DNA of 64,000 bases from Octopus vulgaris (Eukaryota): contig OX597819.1 in the NCBI GenBank assembly GCA_951406725.2, positions 113,150,001-113,214,000 on the forward strand, given 5' to 3'. Below the pieces are notes generated by a model. It had not been told where the DNA came from. It made no database searches and saw nothing but the letters and a program-made list of their open reading frames with translations. Position 1 is the stretch's first letter; the number at the start of each line of letters is the position of its first letter. Below, piece after piece: positions 24,200 through 38,363 of the stretch. The translations under genes were made by a program, and so were the position numbers.

Positions 24200-24650
24200 A
24201 AAAAAAAAGAAAATATTTGGACTCAAGGTCGATTTCAGGCGTTACTCTCCCGTTTTTGCCCTCACATATTTTACTGAAAGTTTTTTCTGCCGAAACAATT
24301 TTCAAATTCTGTTGTGTCTGGGGAGAGTCATTTTCTTTTTGTGCCTTATAATTTAACACTGTCACCGGTAAAATTTCCACTTATTTCTTAATTCGCTTTA
24401 GCTATGCTAAAAAAAAATTAAAACATAAAAATAAGAAATAAGTGAAAATTTTACCGGTGAGTGTGTTAAATTATAAGGCACAAAAAGAAAATGACTCTCC
24501 CCAGACACAACAGAATATACTTCAACATACGAACTCACATAAAGAATCTTGCAAACCAAATCCAAAAACGAAATTTTCAAATTTCTCAAATGAAATTGTA
24601 GCTTAGGATGTGACCAATCTAAAAATGCAAACATCGTCAAATTTGGTTAA
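24200..24650. mobile_element. Two inverted fragments of an interspersed repeat (probable DNA transposon end); third copy ~16790-16910
   Basis: 24306-24390 is the reverse complement of 24432-24516. Confidence 0.75.
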
Positions 24651-25483
24651 AAACTGAGTTAGTGATAAAGCCTAGAAGTAGTCGTGAGTGAGTAAATGTT
24701 GACCTTAAGAATATTATTCACACACGGTAGTGTATGTACTGCTGCTGCTGCTACAATGTGTAATAATTCAGCCGAGTTGGGCTAGAAATAGAAATTGTAT
24801 TCTCAAAATTTTCAGGCATCATCTTGAAAAGAGAAATATTAGATAGTATTATCCAAGATACACTATGTCTGTAAAAATTTGAGATGGCCATGGCTGGAAT
24901 ACTTATCATCATAGAACTACCCGGTCAGGGTCGATTTAGCAATGCTAAACAACAACACAAACACCTGTTTTAACCACTTCCGCTACTGCTACCACCAACT
25001 TCATTTTTAGTCATATTAAATATCAATAATTTGAAGAAAATTAAAAAAATAAAAACAAAGAAAATAGCTCACTGCAAAAAACAAAAAACAAAGAAAGAAC
25101 TCCACCGTCCCCTTTCTAACCCCTGCCCCACACACAGCCTACGGCATGTGCCTGGCAGGTACCCTGTCCCATCAGCAGGTGTTGACATATTAGATATAGG
25201 GACAGTCACAAATTGATTGTCCTCGCTCGCCAGTGTATTCGCTTCAACGTTATTGTTATAATTGTTGAGTGTGAGTTGCCTTGTATTGACGCACACACAC
25301 ACACATATATATATGTAGATATATATATATATATATATACATACATACATACATGCATACATACATATACACACACACACATACACACACGTACACATGT
25401 GTGTACGTACCTTATATTGACACGTAGGCATACACGTTCAAACACATGCAAACACACACGCACACACACATGCGTATGTGTGA

Positions 25484-25540
<57 letters not shown>

Positions 25541-25639
25541 TATATATACATACATACATACACATCACATACACACACACGTACACATGTGTACATGTGT
25601 ACATGTCTGTATGTATATATTATCTTTTGTCACTCACTT

Positions 25640-25926
25640 CAGTGCTACTCGAAGTGGTGGTCTGTGTACCGGTGCCGGTTTGCGAGCCATCAGCTGCCGG
25701 TACGCGGTGAGCTTCCAGAAAAGAAAGAAACATTATAAAATGCTTATGTAATATTCTATAATTTCTTTACAAAATAAATACATGATTTAAAAAATTATCA
25801 ATTTTTATTATATTCATTATATTTATTGTTACCGGTGTAAATTAATATTACTAAGAAATATTACCGGTCCATGGCACGTTGGAAAAAACTGCCTATACAA
25901 TACATGAGATAGTTTGAGAAGCACTG
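25640..25926. mobile_element. hAT (Charlie-like) MITE
   Basis: TIRs cagtgctactcgaa / tttgagaagcactg; imperfect 8-bp TSD actcactt/gttcactt. Confidence 0.75.
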
Positions 25927-26135
25927 GTTCACTTGTTCCAGTCATTGCTGGGACACCGCCTTGAAAACTTCTCAAAGGAAGTGGTTTTGTAGAAATTACG
26001 AGAAGCAGAATCGAACGCGGAAACATGCTTTGGCGTGCAATAAAAATCGTCAAGCACACAACTGAATCTCTCTCCCTCTCCCCCTCTCTCTCTCTCTCTT
26101 TCTTCTCACACATACGTACATACGCGCGCGCGCGA

Positions 26136-26172
<37 letters not shown>

Positions 26173-26290
26173 TGTATGGATGGATGGATAGATGGATGGA
26201 CGGATGTAAAGACACTTTTGTTCTGCTCCATAAAGTAAAGCAGATTCGATGAAAATTTGACCTTTTAGGAATCACGCCGCGTGAATTTCT

Positions 26291-26634
26291 TATTTCTTTA
26301 TTGCTCCCAAGGGGCTAAACATAGAGGGGACAAAACAAGGACAGACAAAGGGATTAAGTCGATTACATTGACCCCAGTGCGTAACTGGTACTTAATTTAT
26401 CGACCCTGAAAGGATGAAAGGCAAAGTCGACCTTGGCGAAATTTGAACTCAGAACATAAAGACAGACGAAATACCTATTTCTTTACTACCCACAAGGGGC
26501 TAAACACACAGAGGACAAAAAAGGACAGACAAACGGATTAAGTCGATTACATCGACCCCAGTGCGTAACTGGTACTTATTTAATCGACACCGAAAGGGTG
26601 AAAAGCAAAGTCGTTTCTGCCAGCTCACCGCCTT
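26291..26634 (-). mobile_element. Dimeric SINE family C (long tail x2)
   Basis: Two long tails (26291-26350 and 26476-26540); probable TSD gtgaatt(t/c)ct. Confidence 0.88.
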
Positions 26635-27535
26635 ATCGTGTGAATTCCTGTTTTCAAATTTGTTTCAAAATCGATCACGACTGAGCGGTGCTGGTTGGTT
26701 CATTTGGTTCATACCTCAACGAGTCTATGTCTCCGCAATGTTTTTCATACCAAAAAACATTCAGTGGATGGAGAGGAGCAAAAACAGAGAAGCAAGCTTT
26801 AAGCTTGGTAACTGGTCAAGAAAAGAGGGAAAGTGGGAGTTGATGAAAGAAGCAAAGCGGGATTTGATGATAATAATGGGACACTTCCTTTCGCCGAAGA
26901 TGATTTCTCACGTATAATGGCGTCGCATCTGCTGAAATGAAGAGAAGTGGTATTAGAACAACAACAAACAACCCAGCAACTATAAACAACAAAAACAACA
27001 AAAAGTAGCGATTACAACAATAACTCTGGCGCCGCAACTTTAGGCAAGACTCAAGCAATTCATGCGACATCATCATCATCATCACCAGTATCACTGCTTC
27101 CCCAACAGCAGCCGATAACAGTAGCGAGGAGAACAACAGCTTTACCAGCTCAAAGACAAACATCAACACCTCCAGTATCGCAGCTGTAAGTAACATAACC
27201 TCCTGTGATATAAATTATTTCCAATGCAGCTAGGGCAACTGAAAATATATATATATATAACCCGATGGAGAAATATTGAGAGTGGTATGGAGCCTCATGC
27301 GAAAGAGATGGTGGAGAAGTCACCTTGGTCGTATCACTGGAGGTCGTTGAAATACACCGAGAAATGCACAATTGCTAATGCGTTGGTGTAAAAAGTCGGT
27401 GTATTGAAAGGTCAATGCATGCGTAAATAAAGAGTTGCATGAAAGAGGTGTGAAGGCAGATAACCTTCTTGTGGTGCAGCTGCGAAATCTAAAAGAAGCT
27501 TTGATCATTTCAAGATAGAACAAAAAGGCGAACAA

Positions 27536-27590
<55 letters not shown>

Positions 27591-27899
27591 ACACACTATG
27601 TTACAACTATTACTATTTTACACTTTATAGGTTTGGTTACTGCTAATAATACTGAAGTCAATAAGATATGCTGATCTTGTCAAATCCTTTTATTTTGTTG
27701 TTCTGCAATCTCTGGCACTCTACTGCAGACATCAGCAGTTGAGTTGCAGAAATGATAGAGCAACAGAGAAACAGATTTCATAATTTGCTAACATTCCGTT
27801 ACATGCTCAGTTCAAATATCCAAATACCACTGAGATCGACTCTGCTGACTGATATCTGCAACTGCCTGTAAAACAGGAATCTTGAAGTAGTACCATTGT

Positions 27900-28880
27900 T
27901 GAGGAAAGTTGCACCAGTCACAATGCCCTTGTCTCCTTAGCAATACTAAGGAAACAAGGACGTCGTAGCTGATAATTTTTGGTCTATACCTCTACTAAAT
28001 GCAGTATTTAATGTTTTAGCCAATGAGCTGGCAAAAAGATGGGCGTTTGACGTTTGCAATTTCGTCGGAAAAGAGCACGTCTGCGTGACTCCAAGCAGAT
28101 TTATCCACAACCCCACCTCATCCGGTACATGATGGAAATTGAGAATAACAAAGCTGGATTCGGTGAGGTTCTGATGAATTTAACAACACGAAAGTGTTCG
28201 ATAGTGTCGGCAGTCGGTGTTTGGCATTTGTCCTCAAAGCAATCATATTACTTGAAGATCCACCTACCACACGCGATAGACTGGCGGTTGCATGGGCGCG
28301 AAAGCTACGTTGTTATCCTCATTCCGTAAACGGTGGTTTTTAACGGGTGGAGAGCTGAACCATTCTGGGGTACAGAAGATTCGCAATGTAGACTAGGGTC
28401 TGAAAGTTTATCACACCATAGTGGGTTACAACATGGTTCCTCTGCTTTGTGGCAGAAGTAGGAAGAAAGAGTGAGAGAAAGTTGTGGTGAAAGAGTACAG
28501 CGGGGTCCCCCCACCACCACCACCGGAGCTTCGTGGAGCTTAGGTGTTTTTGCTCAATAAACACTCACAATGCCCGGTCTGGGAATCGGAACCGCGTTCT
28601 TACGACCGCGAGTTAGCTACCCTAACCACTGGGCCATTGCGCCTCCACCGGAGCTGCTGTCTTGGACCAAGGTGCCTAGAATGTTGTTAGGAACTTACAG
28701 CCCATTACCGTACGTTAGCATTCTATCGAGGTCTGATGTTAGAAAGCGGTGTAGAAATTCTCAGGAACAAATCTGGGCGTCGACAAGAATCACCTGGTAG
28801 ACCTGTTCCGTTGGACTTTCGGCCCGGGTTTATGGATAAGTTTGAGAAATTCGTGGTCTGACGTTGCTATGAGGTGAGAG
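27900..28880 (+). mobile_element. Decayed Tx1/L1-clade LINE ORF2 (RT) fragments, interrupted by a SINE
   Basis: DNFWSIPLLNAVFNVLANELAKRW...PSRFIHN/HLIRYMME...GEVLMNL corresponds to RPITLLN..KILAK.LAKRL...IPGR.IHDNLHLIRY; later LFRWTFGPGFMDKF. Frameshifted. Confidence 0.7.
28455..28647 (-). mobile_element. SINE family B head and body
   Basis: Reverse complement of the family B head; continues into sequence unlike tails 1-3. Confidence 0.85.
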
Positions 28881-28949
28881 AGACCGAAAAGTAAAAGCAA
28901 AGTCGAAAGCGACGTGATTTAAAATCAGAACGTAGAACCAAAAGAAATA

Positions 28950-29380
28950 TTGGTGTCAAATTTTGGCATAAGGCCAGCAGATTCAAGGGAGAGGGTCGGT
29001 CGATTACATCGACCCCAGTACCCAACTGGTATTTATTTTATTGATCTTGAATGGATGAAAGGTTAAGTCGACTTCGACAGGATCTGAAGTCGGAACGTAA
29101 AGACGACGAAATGCCGTTAAGCATTTCGCCCGGTGTTCTAACGTTTCTTATTTCTTTATTGCCCACAAGAGGCTAAACATAGAGGGGACAAACAAGGATA
29201 GACAAAGGGATTAAGTCGATTACATCGATCCCAGTGCGTAATTGGTACTTAATTTATCGACTTGGAAAGGATGAAAGGCATAGTCGACCTCGGCGGAATT
29301 TGAACTCAGAACGTAACGGCAGACGAAATGCCGCTAAGCATTTCGCCCGGCGTACTAACGTTTCTGCCAGTTCTCCGCCG
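28950..29380 (-). mobile_element. Tandem SINE family C (long-tail unit followed by short-tail unit)
   Basis: Full unit 29148-29380 joined to a 5'-truncated unit 28950-29147. Confidence 0.88.
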
Positions 29381-29659
29381 TAGATAAAAAGGAAAGATTG
29401 CAAAGCATTTTTCCGGCGCTCCAAAGATTCTGGTGACTGTAGCTTTAGTGGTGGAGGTGGCTAAGGCGGCAGCAGGGGAAGTTGCAGTGATGATGATGAT
29501 GATGATGATGACTAAGCTAATTTTTCCTTTTATTTCATATATTCGTTAATATCCTCTCAGACACACGTACAGGCACACGTGCGAGCACACACACACACAC
29601 TCACTATTTTGTAAGTTTGGAACGAGTTAGCGTGTGCAGAAAGAGCGGGGGAGGAGTGA

Positions 29660-30040
<381 letters not shown>

Positions 30041-30329
30041 TCTTACCATCTTCACAATAAATGCATGCGTGAATCATTGCTAAGTGAACTAAGATCAGTT
30101 TACATTTGGATGTCGTAAGAACAAATAGAGGTACCCCCGACACACGAACACATGTGCACGTACAAACAAAAATAGGCAAGTACATAAATATACATTGGAC
30201 ATATATGCATGTGCGCGTGCTTGAATACATAAGTACACATGTATGTATATACACGTACACATATACTCATGTGTTCCTAAATACACACACATACACATAA
30301 AAATATACACATATACATATATACATATA

Positions 30330-30456
<127 letters not shown>

Positions 30457-30794
30457 ACACATATATATATATGTATATATGTATATGTGTGTGTATGTAT
30501 ATATATATATATATATATATGCCTGTGGGTGTAAGAGGACAAGCACTTCCCCACCCATCATCACAATCAGGGCAAACATTTACAGTGCAAACAGTTACAG
30601 CAATTTATGTAGAACATAAATTGAATGCATTTATTTACGCGTGCAAAAGGCCTCTGAATCATATCAGAAGCCATAAAAGACTGTGTGACTTTCATTGTAT
30701 CCTTCCCTGATGACTTCAACAAAGAATGAAAATTAATCACTCGGCGTGTGTGAACGATATTAGAACAAGGGAACAAGCTACCATCGAGATTATT

Positions 30795-31590
30795 ATTGAT
30801 TTCAAATTTTGGCACAAGGCCAGCAATTTCAGGGAAGTGGGGAAGTCGAATACATTGACTACCGGTGCTCAGTTGGTGGTTATTTTATTCACCATGAGAG
30901 AATGATAGGCAAAGTCCAACCCGGCGGATTAAGATTAATTGTTATACATTACACTAAGACGGCGAGCTGGCAGAAACGTTAGCACGCCGGGCGAAATGCT
31001 TAGCAGTATTTCGTCTGTCTTTACATTCTGAGATCAAATTCCGCCGAGGCCGACTTTGCTTTTCATCCGTTCGGGGTCGATTAAATAAGTACCAGTTACG
31101 CACTGGGGTCGATATAACCGACTTAATAACTTTGTCTGTCCTTGTTTGTCCCTTCTGTGTTTAGCCCCTTGTGGGTAGTAAAAAAATAGGTATTTCACTC
31201 GTCGCTACGTTCTGAATTCAAATCCCGCCGAGGTCGACTTTACCTTTCATCTTTTCGGACTCGATAAATTAAGTACCAGTTTCACATTGGGGTCGATGTA
31301 ATCGACTAGTCCCACCCACCCCCACCAAATTTCAGGCTTTGTGTCTTTAGTAGAAAGGATTAATATTATGTATTGCATTAAGGCGGTTGAATCGTTGGTT
31401 GAATCGTTACCGTGTCAGACAGAATCCTCAGTAGCATTTCACCCGTTTTTACATTCTGAGTTCAAATCGCACCGAAGTCGATTTTGCCTTTTATCCTTTA
31501 GAGGTCGATGAAAAAGTACCAATCGAGCACTGGAGTCGATATAATCAACTATCCCACTCACCCAAAAGGTGTGTCTTTAGTAGAAATAAT
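30795..31590. mobile_element. Cluster of SINE family C copies (one minus, a plus dimer, one plus)
   Basis: ~30795-30930 (-), 30957-31360 (+, dimer), 31380-31590 (+). Confidence 0.85.
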
Positions 31591-32049
31591 ACATATTAAT
31601 CCTTTAGTAGAAAGGATTATTATGTATTACAGATTCAGTCCACGGTCGAAGACTTGAAGCAAATATTACTTCACGTGAGCAGGGTACGTTATTAAATATC
31701 TTACAGATTAAATTCTTGAATTTATCGGAATTAATCCCGTTTCTAGATAAAGTACAACAATCGCTTTGTGGCAATAGGGAGCGATTCCAAATAAGGAGAG
31801 GTCTTCGCTGTCTCTGGCCACTTTGAGTTATTTCTCTTAATTTACACTCAATATAAAGAAAAATATATACATGTATTACATACATATGTATATACATAAT
31901 TATGTATATAATCCTTTCTACTGGAAGCACAGGGGAAGGGATTAAGTCGGTTACATCAACCCAAGTGCATAACTGGTACTAATTTCATTGAGCCCGAAAG
32001 GATGAAAGGCAAAGTCGACCTCGACGGAATTTGAACTCAGAACGTAACG

Positions 32050-32193
32050 AAACTGAAGGAGAACGTCAAAAGAGAAATCAGAGAAGTGGAGTCTGAAACT
32101 CTTGAGGGCGTTATGGTGCAAGTTTTGGAAAGAGCACGGGCGTGCGAAGCCGAAAATGGCTGCAATTCAAGCGATGTCGTTTTTCATATGTGA
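32050..32193 (+). mobile_element. Tc1/mariner transposase C-terminal fragment
   Basis: KLKENVKREIREVESETLEGVMVQVLERARACEAENGCNSSDVVFHM*, a typical Tc1/mariner end; flanked by family C SINE pieces (31930-32049 minus, 32238-32450 plus). Confidence 0.7.
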
Positions 32194-32769
32194 TGTAGTT
32201 GCAAACTTTGGCTTGTGCATATTAAATTACTCGTTTGAGGGCGGTGAGCTGGCAGAGTCGTTACTGCACCGAACAGAGCGCTTAGCAATATTTCTTCCAG
32301 CTTTACGTTCAAGTTAAAAGGTCGACTGAGGTTAACTTTGCCTTTCGTCCTTTCTTTCTAAGGATCGATAAAATAAGTACCAGTTGGATACTGGGGTCGA
32401 CACCATCGACTTACCCTCCACCAACATTGCTGGGCGTGTGCCAGAATTATAAAGGTTTATATATTATTCGCTTGAATAATTGGCCTTCTTTGCACACTCT
32501 ATTTATCAAAATTATTTAACGCACAAATAGTTTTAAAAAATAGGATTTCAAGGTGAAATCTAGTAGAATTCGCCCTAATTCTATAACGCTTCACCTTGAA
32601 TCTCTGTTTCCAAATATTATCAGTGCATAAAATCATTTATAACAAATAGACTATGCTAAATTAAACATATTAATCATTGATAATTGCAACGCTTAATCAA
32701 TCTCCATAAATAGGTTATGAATTAATTATTTGTGCACATAATACACTTTTTAATTTGTGGACGTAGCCT

Positions 32770-33159
32770 TTATCTTTTACTTGTCTAAGTCGTTGGGTCG
32801 CCGCCAATACTGGAGACACCTTCTTGAAAGTTTTTCAGTCGAACAAATAGACCCCAGGACTTACTTTTTATCTTTAAATACGGTACTTATTCTGACGAAC
32901 TTGAACCGCTAAGTTACAGAAACTTAAACAAGCCAAAAGTCGTGGGAGGGGGGGGCAAACACACACACACGTATATATATATGGACGTTAAACGATGATG
33001 ATGATGATGATGACAAGTTTCTTTCAGTTTCTGTCTACCAAATCTACTCACAAGGTTTTGATCGGCCCGAGGCTATAGCAGATGACACTCGGCCAAGGTA
33101 CCACGCAGTGAGACTGAACCTGGATCTATGTGTTTGGGAAGCAAGCTTCTTATCACACA

Positions 33160-33163
<4 letters not shown>
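32770..33163 (-). mobile_element. Older SINE family A
   Basis: Reverse-complement match to the family A head and tail. Confidence 0.8.
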
Positions 33164-33227
<64 letters not shown>

Positions 33228-33234
<7 letters not shown>

Positions 33235-33933
33235 AACCTTTACATAAATAAATAACATGAAATACACGAAGGGACGAACAAAAAGACAAACGGGTCATTC
33301 AAAGCCTTCATTCTTCAGTCAGAAACTGATCCCTCATCGCAGATTTCGGCTGTTTAATTCTGAGATCCGCTCTTAATCAGCCAGCCACAAAGGAAAGAAT
33401 GCAACGCAACAGAGACGAACATGAAACGAAAAATCTTTTTTGGAGACAGTAACGGTTAAAAACATGGATGACACAGGCGCCCTACGGCTTTGAGACAAAA
33501 AGAGAGACACAAAAACAATATCAGCAAGCGTGGAAAAATAATTACCTTTTCGGTGATAAGACACATGTTGAACAAGCGGCCGATGGAAACAGAATGGCTG
33601 AGGCAGCAAGTCGCAAGAGGGTAAGAGAGAGAAGGGGGTAAGAAAGAGAGGGGACCAAGGAGGGTGGAAGGCGAGGACAGAAGCAGTGACCGAGAGAGAG
33701 AATGAGAGAAGGAATCAGAGAAGAAGCAGTGACCAAGAGAGAGAGGGAGAGAAGGAATCAGAGAGGCTGGGAGAAAAAGGCGCCAAAACAATTTGGCAAC
33801 GAAGCAATGATGAAGGAAAGAAAATAGTTTAAAGACATCGTGCAGGGGTTTTGATATGATAAACATAAAGAAGTTATTATGCACGTACGCTGCGAAATAT
33901 ATAATAAACCTTTACATAAATAAATAACATGAA
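33228..33933 (-). mobile_element. ~700-bp element bounded by a 34-bp direct repeat (PLE pLTR-like)
   Basis: tataataaacctttacataaataaataacatgaa at 33228-33261 and 33900-33933. Confidence 0.55.
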
Positions 33934-34660
33934 GTTTCATTTTCTCCGTTTTGTGCATTTGTGCATCCATAGAATTCTACCACACACACACACACACACA
34001 CACATACATACACACATGTAATTTAAAAAGTTCAAATGGGGACTTATTCCATTCAATATCATGTTTAGTATAGAGATTATGTAACAAATTATACTCTACA
34101 CTTCTACAACAGAAAAATACAAAACCATACGGATTGGAATGAAATGTATGAAGATAGTTCTGTCAGTAAATTATGAAATTACTTACATCAGTAATTGTGA
34201 ACTTCTTTCTGTCAGTAATTTGTCGTTGTTTGCAAATAGCGATTGAAAACTTGCGGAAAATCGTAACATGGAAGTTAAACAATGATGAAACAAAATTGAA
34301 AGTGAAAAAAATGGCGTCCGAAAACTGAAAGTGAAATCAAGAGATATAGATAGAGAGATATGTTACAGAGAGCTAGATAGAGAGAAATGGATAGAAAGAT
34401 ATACGTAAAGTGATATGTTACGTCACTGACGCTAGAAAACTGGAAGTCAATATTTTAAAAACTTTCAAAGATGTGAATGTAATTTAAAAAGAAATATTCT
34501 TTATTTTTAATAATTTTAAATTAAAAAATTAAATGAACAGCCTATTATTTGTCCGAAATTAAATTATTCATGCATCAGAAGTAAGAAAGCAATTGGTGAA
34601 GCTGTTTTCGTGTGAAAAGTGAATACGCATACATCTCTATTATATATATACATATATATG

Positions 34661-34723
<63 letters not shown>

Positions 34724-34813
34724 AGAGAAAAAAATGCGTGTAGGAGCTAACGATCTATCATGGCATATATATACTCATAAACACACACATATGTGTGTGT
34801 GTGTGTTTATATA

Positions 34814-35726
34814 TTGGGTCATCCCATAAATAACGCGGTTTTTTTATACTTATATTTTTCAAAATTGAAAGTTCTTTTTAAATCTGAAATATACTCTCCA
34901 TTTTCTACAATGCTCTTCCATCTATCTTGTAGACTTGCAAGGCCCCTCTTCCAAAATTCACTTGTCTGTGACGAAAAATAATTCTCCAGTACTGTTCTGC
35001 CGTCCAAATAATTTTGAAGACTGCGGAATAAATGATAATCAGATGGGGCAATGTCCGGTGAATATTGTTGGTGGAGCATCGTTTCCCATTCAAACTGATC
35101 CAGCCTTTGGAATGTCATCCTCGCTGTATGTGGCCGAACATTATCCTGATGGAAGAAGGCTTAGGTTTATTGTCCGATCCCCATATACTGCATTAATATT
35201 CCTCGCACTTTCCGTTACGTTGTTGCCTTTATTGAACTCATAAAGTAAAATATACCAAACTAGCAGTATCGCCCGGCGTTGCACGGGTTTGTAAGGGAAA
35301 TAACTATATAAGCATTTTTAGAGAGTTACTTCCCTTATATAATAGCAAAAAAATGCATTAATAATGGGAAAAAATTATGGTAATTTTTTTTTAAATCGTA
35401 GGCTCGATATGAATCACGACTATAAGATACCCGCTTTTGGTTAAACTGCACCGCAAAATGTGGGAGTAGTTAGGAATCTAAATCGTAGGAGAGAGACACT
35501 CACACAACTTCACTTTTATATATAAAGATATGCTCCTTTGGCACTTTCATTACAGCTTTGAAAAAGTAACTGTTAAAATCGAACCGCACTTTTCAAAACA
35601 TGCACTAAGAATAAGTAAAAGGTAAAATTACTATCTGTTTTTACAAGTTGATGCAGGTAGTTTATCCCGTCCCCCTCCGACTTTTAATTTATGCTATTCA
35701 AAAAACTGCATTATTTATGGGATGAC

Positions 35727-35730
<4 letters not shown>
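34814..35730 (-). mobile_element. Deleted mariner (DD34D) element
   Basis: TIRs ttgggtcatcccataaataa / ttatttatgggatgaccca, TA-flanked. HQDNVRPHTARMTFQRLDQFEWETMLHQQYSPDIAPSDYHLF has 34 residues between the catalytic D2 and D3. Confidence 0.92.
35260..35528 (-). mobile_element. Non-autonomous Helitron nested in the mariner
   Basis: Minus strand starts TCTTTATATATAAAAG, ends with a CCCG..CGGG hairpin ~8 nt before CTAG, and sits between host A and T with no TSD. Confidence 0.85.
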
Positions 35731-35815
<85 letters not shown>

Positions 35816-36609
35816 TGCATAGTGACACACGTATATGTACATGGGTGCCGCAAACAATTAAAAACACAATATCACCCCCAAAGGTATCTCGTAGCCCTAT
35901 GGACCTATTGAAAGCTTCCCTAAGGCAGTACTCGTAATTCGTTTCAGCTTGATAGATGTACCGACAAAATAAACTGTGCTGAAATACTCGAAGGACCCCG
36001 AGTGGTATTCAAAGTGGGAATAGGGGTGGACCTGCTACACCCGACAGCACAATTTGAAAAGAAGAAAGACCCACACCGGCTAATACTTAACAACACTTTC
36101 GTTTATATAAGTACTCACACAAACACGCATGCACGCACACACACACTTGTGTGTGTGTGTGTGTTTTAGCTAGTATATGTTTGAGCGTCGGGCAGATTTT
36201 TATGTAAGACTATACGTAAATTGTGTGTGTGTGTGTGTGTGTGTATGTGTGTAATCGTTTTCATATTTAAAAGTGTGTTTGTGGACATATTTGTGTGAGA
36301 ATGTATATATATATATAAACAAATACACATAGCAATGAGCACGTACGTATACGTGCATAAATACAAACAACAAAACCGAAAACACAATAATGGAAGCCAC
36401 CTGGCTCTCAATTGACATGTGTGTATAAGTGTGTATGTATGTGTGTGTATATATACACCTGTATATTGTATGTATATGTGCAAGAGTATTTATTTACGCG
36501 TATAGCAGCGAGTTTATGGTTAAGTGTACCCGTGTAGTTATTTATTTGTGTACGTGTATATGTGTGAGGGTTTCTTTGTGTGTCTGTTAAGAGAAGCAGG
36601 TGTACATAT

Positions 36610-36790
36610 GACTCCCACATCTATTGGATTGGATTGCTTCTGTTCAGTCCATTGCAGGTCGATGGCCTCGACATGTTCCCTCCTCCAGCCTCGGTCTGAT
36701 GTCGAGGTTGTGAATTTGAGCTTGAGATGGTACTGGCTTGATGAGCCTACTCTGTCACACTGGTTCGACAGTGTGATGGACTAGGCCCTT
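36610..36790 (-). mobile_element. Possible RTE LINE 3' end
   Basis: SDRGWRREHVEAIDLQWT resembles the RTE ORF2 terminus; short (caatc)n-like tail. Confidence 0.35.
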
Positions 36791-36851
36791 CAAACAAGTG
36801 CAATGCTTTTATACCCTTACCCAGGTGTAGCTATGTCCGTTACATCGAACC

Positions 36852-36891
<40 letters not shown>

Positions 36892-36899
36892 TTTTTTTT

Positions 36900-37200
36900 T
36901 CTTTTACATTCTGGGGCATCACCTTGAAGAATATTTAGTCGAATGAATCGACCCTAATACTTATTTTTTTTTAAAGTCTGATACTTATTCTATTGACCGC
37001 TTTTGCCGAACCGCTAAGTTACGGGGACGTAAACACGTCAATACTGGTTGGGTTGGGGGTCAGACATAGACAGAAAGATACACACGTATATGAATACAAA
37101 TATACGACAGGCTTCTTTCAGTTTCCGTCTACCAAATCCACTCACAAGGCTTTGGTCGGCTCGGTGCTGTAGTAAAATACACTTGCCCCATGTGCCACGC
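36900..37200 (-). mobile_element. SINE family A (5'-truncated)
   Basis: Reverse-complement match. Confidence 0.8.
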
Positions 37201-37222
37201 CTCTTATAGAAGCATATATGCT

Positions 37223-37778
<556 letters not shown>

Positions 37779-38267
37779 TTAGGGGAAATATATGTTTTAG
37801 TCGCTGCGCATTTAACCCCACGGGGTACTTTTTGACTGCTTGAGATAGGATCGATTTAATCGATTTTATTATCGTACAACAATGAATCGGACTTCGTTTA
37901 GCTTTTTGCCTCTGTCTGAATCACTGTCTGTCTGTATCTGTATCTCTCTTTCACTCTTTGTTTCTTTCCTTTTCTCCCTCCCTCTATTTCTTTCTCTCTC
38001 TCCTCTCCCTCTCTCTCTCTCTCTATCTAGCTATCTATCTTTCTTTCACTGACTTTCTGTGTCTCCTTGGAAGCACGCGCAATTATGTGTATATTTGCCC
38101 TTCCACAACTTTCTCTCGGTATCTTGGGAAAGAGAAGTAATTGAATTATAATGAGTTGCTAGATATCGGTGAAGTGGGTTACTTCGATCTTCATTTCAAA
38201 CTAGTGGAAAGGCTTTCGTGGCCAAATATATTAGGGTACGTTACTTCTCGTATCATATCTTTGTGCG

Positions 38268-38335
<68 letters not shown>

Positions 38336-38363
38336 TGTGTGTGTGTGTGTGTATGTATATATA

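Noticed and set aside
30700-30745. CTGATGA...GAAA match
   Set aside because: No stem I pairing and a weak stem II; probably chance.
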